From Enoplolaimus lenunculus (lineage: Eukaryota): a stretch of 64,000 nucleotides of DNA. The position numbers were made by a program, and so were the translations under genes. This document shows, in pieces, positions 60,286 through 64,000 of this stretch (within the stretch, counting starts at the first letter, position 1; each line of letters begins with the position of its first letter). Below the pieces are notes generated by a model, which searched no databases, was not told where the DNA came from, and was given only the letters and a program-made list of their open reading frames with translations. Location of the stretch: assembly GCA_030248215.1 (NCBI GenBank), contig JASANG010001546.1, forward strand, positions 434,001 through 498,000, given 5' to 3'.

Positions 60286-61753
60286 AGTAATTTTGTAATT
60301 TAAAAAATGACTTTGTACCATTCGTTATATTTTGTTGAACAGCATGTTTTTAAAGTTAAAGCGATATCACGCGGGGGAAAATTATGCGAAGTGACCAAAG
60401 TTGTTTGAGCTAGCGAGGTGTTTCCATGTAGAAAAATAGCGCTAGCGCAGATTTTCCGGGGAAACATAACGCTAGCGCATTTCACCTCACAAATTTCTTA
60501 CCTCCAATTACACCCTGATTTATATAAAATATTTGCTCAATTTCATGCAAATAACATCATTTACATTTATTAAAAATGGCATATATAAATATGATATCTA
60601 TTTTATGAATAGCTAAAATTTAAACTTACATATACGTAACAGCAGCTTGCTTACAAGTATATAATAAACCAATTCAGGTCACACAATTAGGTATAGACTG
60701 GAAAAGCCAAAAATGGCATCTTAATATTTTCAAAACGATTTACAACTAAAGACTCAGTGAGTTGATTTTAACTCAGAATCCCTCAGTCTAAGTTAGAACT
60801 ATCAGAACTCAGAATTTTGAGTTGATTCAATTCATTCTGAATTAATTAACCAACTGACCCAGAGTCAACTCAACTCAAAGTGAGTTAATGTTTACTGATA
60901 TTAATTCACAAATAACCAACTCTATAGCTAAATTGACTAATCAACTCATTGGAATTTACAGTGAACTCACTTATTAAAATATGTTTTCAATCTACAGTAA
61001 CATTTTACACTTAGGCTAAAGCTTACCAACATGTTTAATCCAGAGTTGCGGCCCAAAAAGTAATATTGGCTGTTTACCTCTAATGATTCATACTGTAAAC
61101 TCCAGTGAGCTGACTTTAGCACACAACGAGCTGAATCCCCTCAGTCTGAGTTAGAACTATTAGAATTCAGAATTCTGAGTTCATTATACTCATTCTGAGC
61201 TAATTAATCAACTCAGTCGGAATACGTTCAACTCGTAGTGAAAATCAACTCGACACCCTGAATTAACTCAGAAATAACTAATTCGCTATCTGACTTGACC
61301 AATCTGCAGGTAATATTCTGAGGCTGATAAATAAAATCACTTTTCAAACCATTTCTTTTAACTGATATGTTTCGATTTTAAAATGCTTTTATCGAGACTG
61401 AATGTAATAGCTTTTCACCACGACTTCATGTCTGAAAACTAAGAAATCGACTCCATCGACCTGCTTAAAAAATGACGTTTCTCAAGGTAATATACCATAT
61501 AATAACACAAATTTCCAATTCTAGCGATTCTAGCGTTCGAATTCCACTCAGTTTTCCCACGTATGCTCAACCATAGCATTGATTTTACAACTTCACCACA
61601 CGCGTACGCACATACCCTCAAACAATCATTATTATTATTATTAACTACAGCCTCGTTGTAAAAACCATCCCGGGTTCAAACCCCAGACTTCACTTTGACC
61701 GACCGATCGACAAAGCTTTGCTTTTGACAAAAAGCTCTCTCTCTCATTCGTCA

Positions 61754-61762
61754 TATATACAT

Positions 61763-61795
<33 letters not shown>

Positions 61796-61796
61796 C
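61754..61796. repeat. (TACA)n/(TA)n microsatellite
   Basis: Directly visible. Confidence 0.85.
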
Positions 61797-64000
61797 AGAA
61801 AAATGAAAACTGTAATTAAACATTTTATTCGTTCCACATTATTCGAATGGGGCATAACCAAGATTTTGAAAATACCAAAATTACTCGCTATAAAAATTTC
61901 CAAGGCAAACATTTATTGTGTTACCAGCTTAAAAAGATCCTAAAACCACCCGTGAACAATAATCATAAACGGGTCGCTCCCTATCCGCCTTGTCCGGCTA
62001 CATCTTTGCACATTACATATACACATATGCAAAACAACTAAATAGTACAAGATTTACATGACAAATGACCTTGTGGTCTTTATGCAACCGTGAACCCCAT
62101 TAAACCACACAGAGAGAAACAGTACGCAATGGCGTATATCAACGGGGCTTTATCTCTCAAGCTGACCCATTTGCTATTTTTACTCAACGGATTTAAATAC
62201 TTCTTTTTAGTCCTTAAACACAACATCCCCCCTTCGAAATTATTCTACAACGCAACCCCGTTTTTATTTCCATAATCCTGGCCACATCCCTGATACAGAC
62301 GGCAAAAATTGCCTAAGCGCCTCTGACTGAGTCTCAATGCGATTGTCAACGCAACAGCAAAACCCCATTGAAGCACATAACCTGTGCCGCGTTGCAAAAG
62401 TTCGCTTCAAACTTTTTTTTGTAGTTTCCTGCTTTTACAGATGAAAATGTATCATAGACTGCGCCTAACCTGGCTAATCATTTTTTTAGATTAGTCTCAG
62501 TTATAAACATACGTACATAATACATGTTAAATATACGTATATATGTGTAGTGTTGTACTGACAACTTGCAATGATACAACGGTAAACAATCCATATACAA
62601 TCCCATGGACGCTGCCAGAATCTCGGGTATTGGGATCCAGCGGGAAAAACATACAACGTATACTTGTCGCTGCAAACTATCCGTTTCTATGCACATAACC
62701 GTACCACATTTGTTTAATAATTCAGAGAGGGGGTGGCGGCGCAGGTGCAACCCCTTGACAAGTTTTGCCGTCGAACACATGCATTACCATAAACATCATT
62801 CGAACTTCGCAATAATACATGAAATATAAATTTCAAAATATTGTCAACTAAACCAGTTATATATTTCAATTGGAATCTGAATGAAAAAATATTCAAACCT
62901 GTTTTTCGTTAAAGTTCAACCAAAATTACAACTTCCATCCCAGCGATACAAATCAAAATCAGCCATTGCAGGCACCTAACAACCCCTTAAATCTGGTACT
63001 TGTTCTAATATCTGTTACACTGGCTCGTAGCGACTTCAAGCCTAACCAAGACTTAACCGCATATCACCACCGCTTTCATCCGCTTTTATATGTCAGCGTT
63101 TACCTTAATGAGTGCCGCATTATTTGAACAACAAACTTGTACTAAACACAACTCGAAAACAATTGATAACGAAACAAAAACCTATTATTAGCCAACAATG
63201 CCTGTCAATAACATATGAAAAAATGCCTAATGTCATTTGAGTAGCATTTGCAAACATTAATTAGATTATCATTGGTTGATATTTACGTATATATATTCAT
63301 TCTAAATAAATAATATAAACTTAATTATTGAAACAATACGGTCTGCATATCCCTTTTTCCAAGTTTTGTCCAAAATGAAAGACCCCAAATCTCGAGCCGG
63401 AACCTCGGCACTCTTGCACTACAGTTAGCCATGCTATCCACATTACATGTTCGATTGCAACAACTTCGTATTCCGGTATATATATATAGACAATGTTTTG
63501 CTTTACATTTCCACCACAATACCCTTCCGTACACTTCACTAATAGAAGAAATCTACGTCAAAAGTATGATAAACTATAATTACGAAACCATAACACTAAT
63601 ATCGTTCCCTACACAGCCTACTAAACACTTAAAAATAAAAAGTATATATACTTGGCAAACCAGGTCCCGACTGACACATATCGACATCTGATTCGTTCGT
63701 TTTGTTTTTCCAAACACCAGTCTCACAAATTTAGGCCAACCAATCAGGACACAATCTCAATTTTTATCTCCAACAAAAAACTAGAAAACCTAAACGCCTA
63801 AAATTAGTTCGTCTAATCTCATGGGACGCTAGCCAGCAAATCGTCATTGTCTCCTCAACAGTCGAAACAGCAACGGTTTTAATTAAACGCCGGCATAGAC
63901 GCTACAAAAACCAACCCCACGAGTCAAATCAATATTTCTCCTGCCCACAGCTCAAATTGTTCATTTCAAACTTCACCCCGTCCTGCCTGTTTTAAGTCAT

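Noticed and set aside
61665..61705. Isolated B-box-like GGTTCAAACCC
   Set aside because: No matching A box or cloverleaf.
61400..64000. Short ORFs near the window end
   Set aside because: No motifs or phase-consistent exon chain; may be UTR or intron of a gene outside the window.

Overview
AT-rich, intron-rich nematode genomic DNA (cuticle collagens, TTAGGC telomeric hexamer, TTTTCAG acceptors). The species cannot be fixed from sequence alone. All gene models were spliced by hand with GT-AG sites and phase checks. The window holds two convergent copies of one cuticle collagen gene forming a >=3.2-kb inverted duplication (1-3198 vs 35460-38626). They enclose a 32-kb spacer with six minus-strand genes: Pol I subunit RPA43, tRNA deaminase subunit ADAT3, copper chaperone ATOX1/cuc-1, RRP36, a divergent adhesion/secretin-type 7TM receptor, and an 838-aa secreted coiled-coil/Asp-Ser-rich orphan. 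Further right are an intronless candidate amidated-neuropeptide precursor and an R-Ras2/ras-1 GTPase. Non-coding DNA is packed with non-autonomous DNA transposons. The most striking are two related 145-340-bp MITE families with GG-starting TIRs and 8-bp TSDs that carry internal (TTAGGC)n telomeric repeats, about 17 copies or fragments here. No transposase ORF, CRISPR array, rRNA or intact tRNA was seen.
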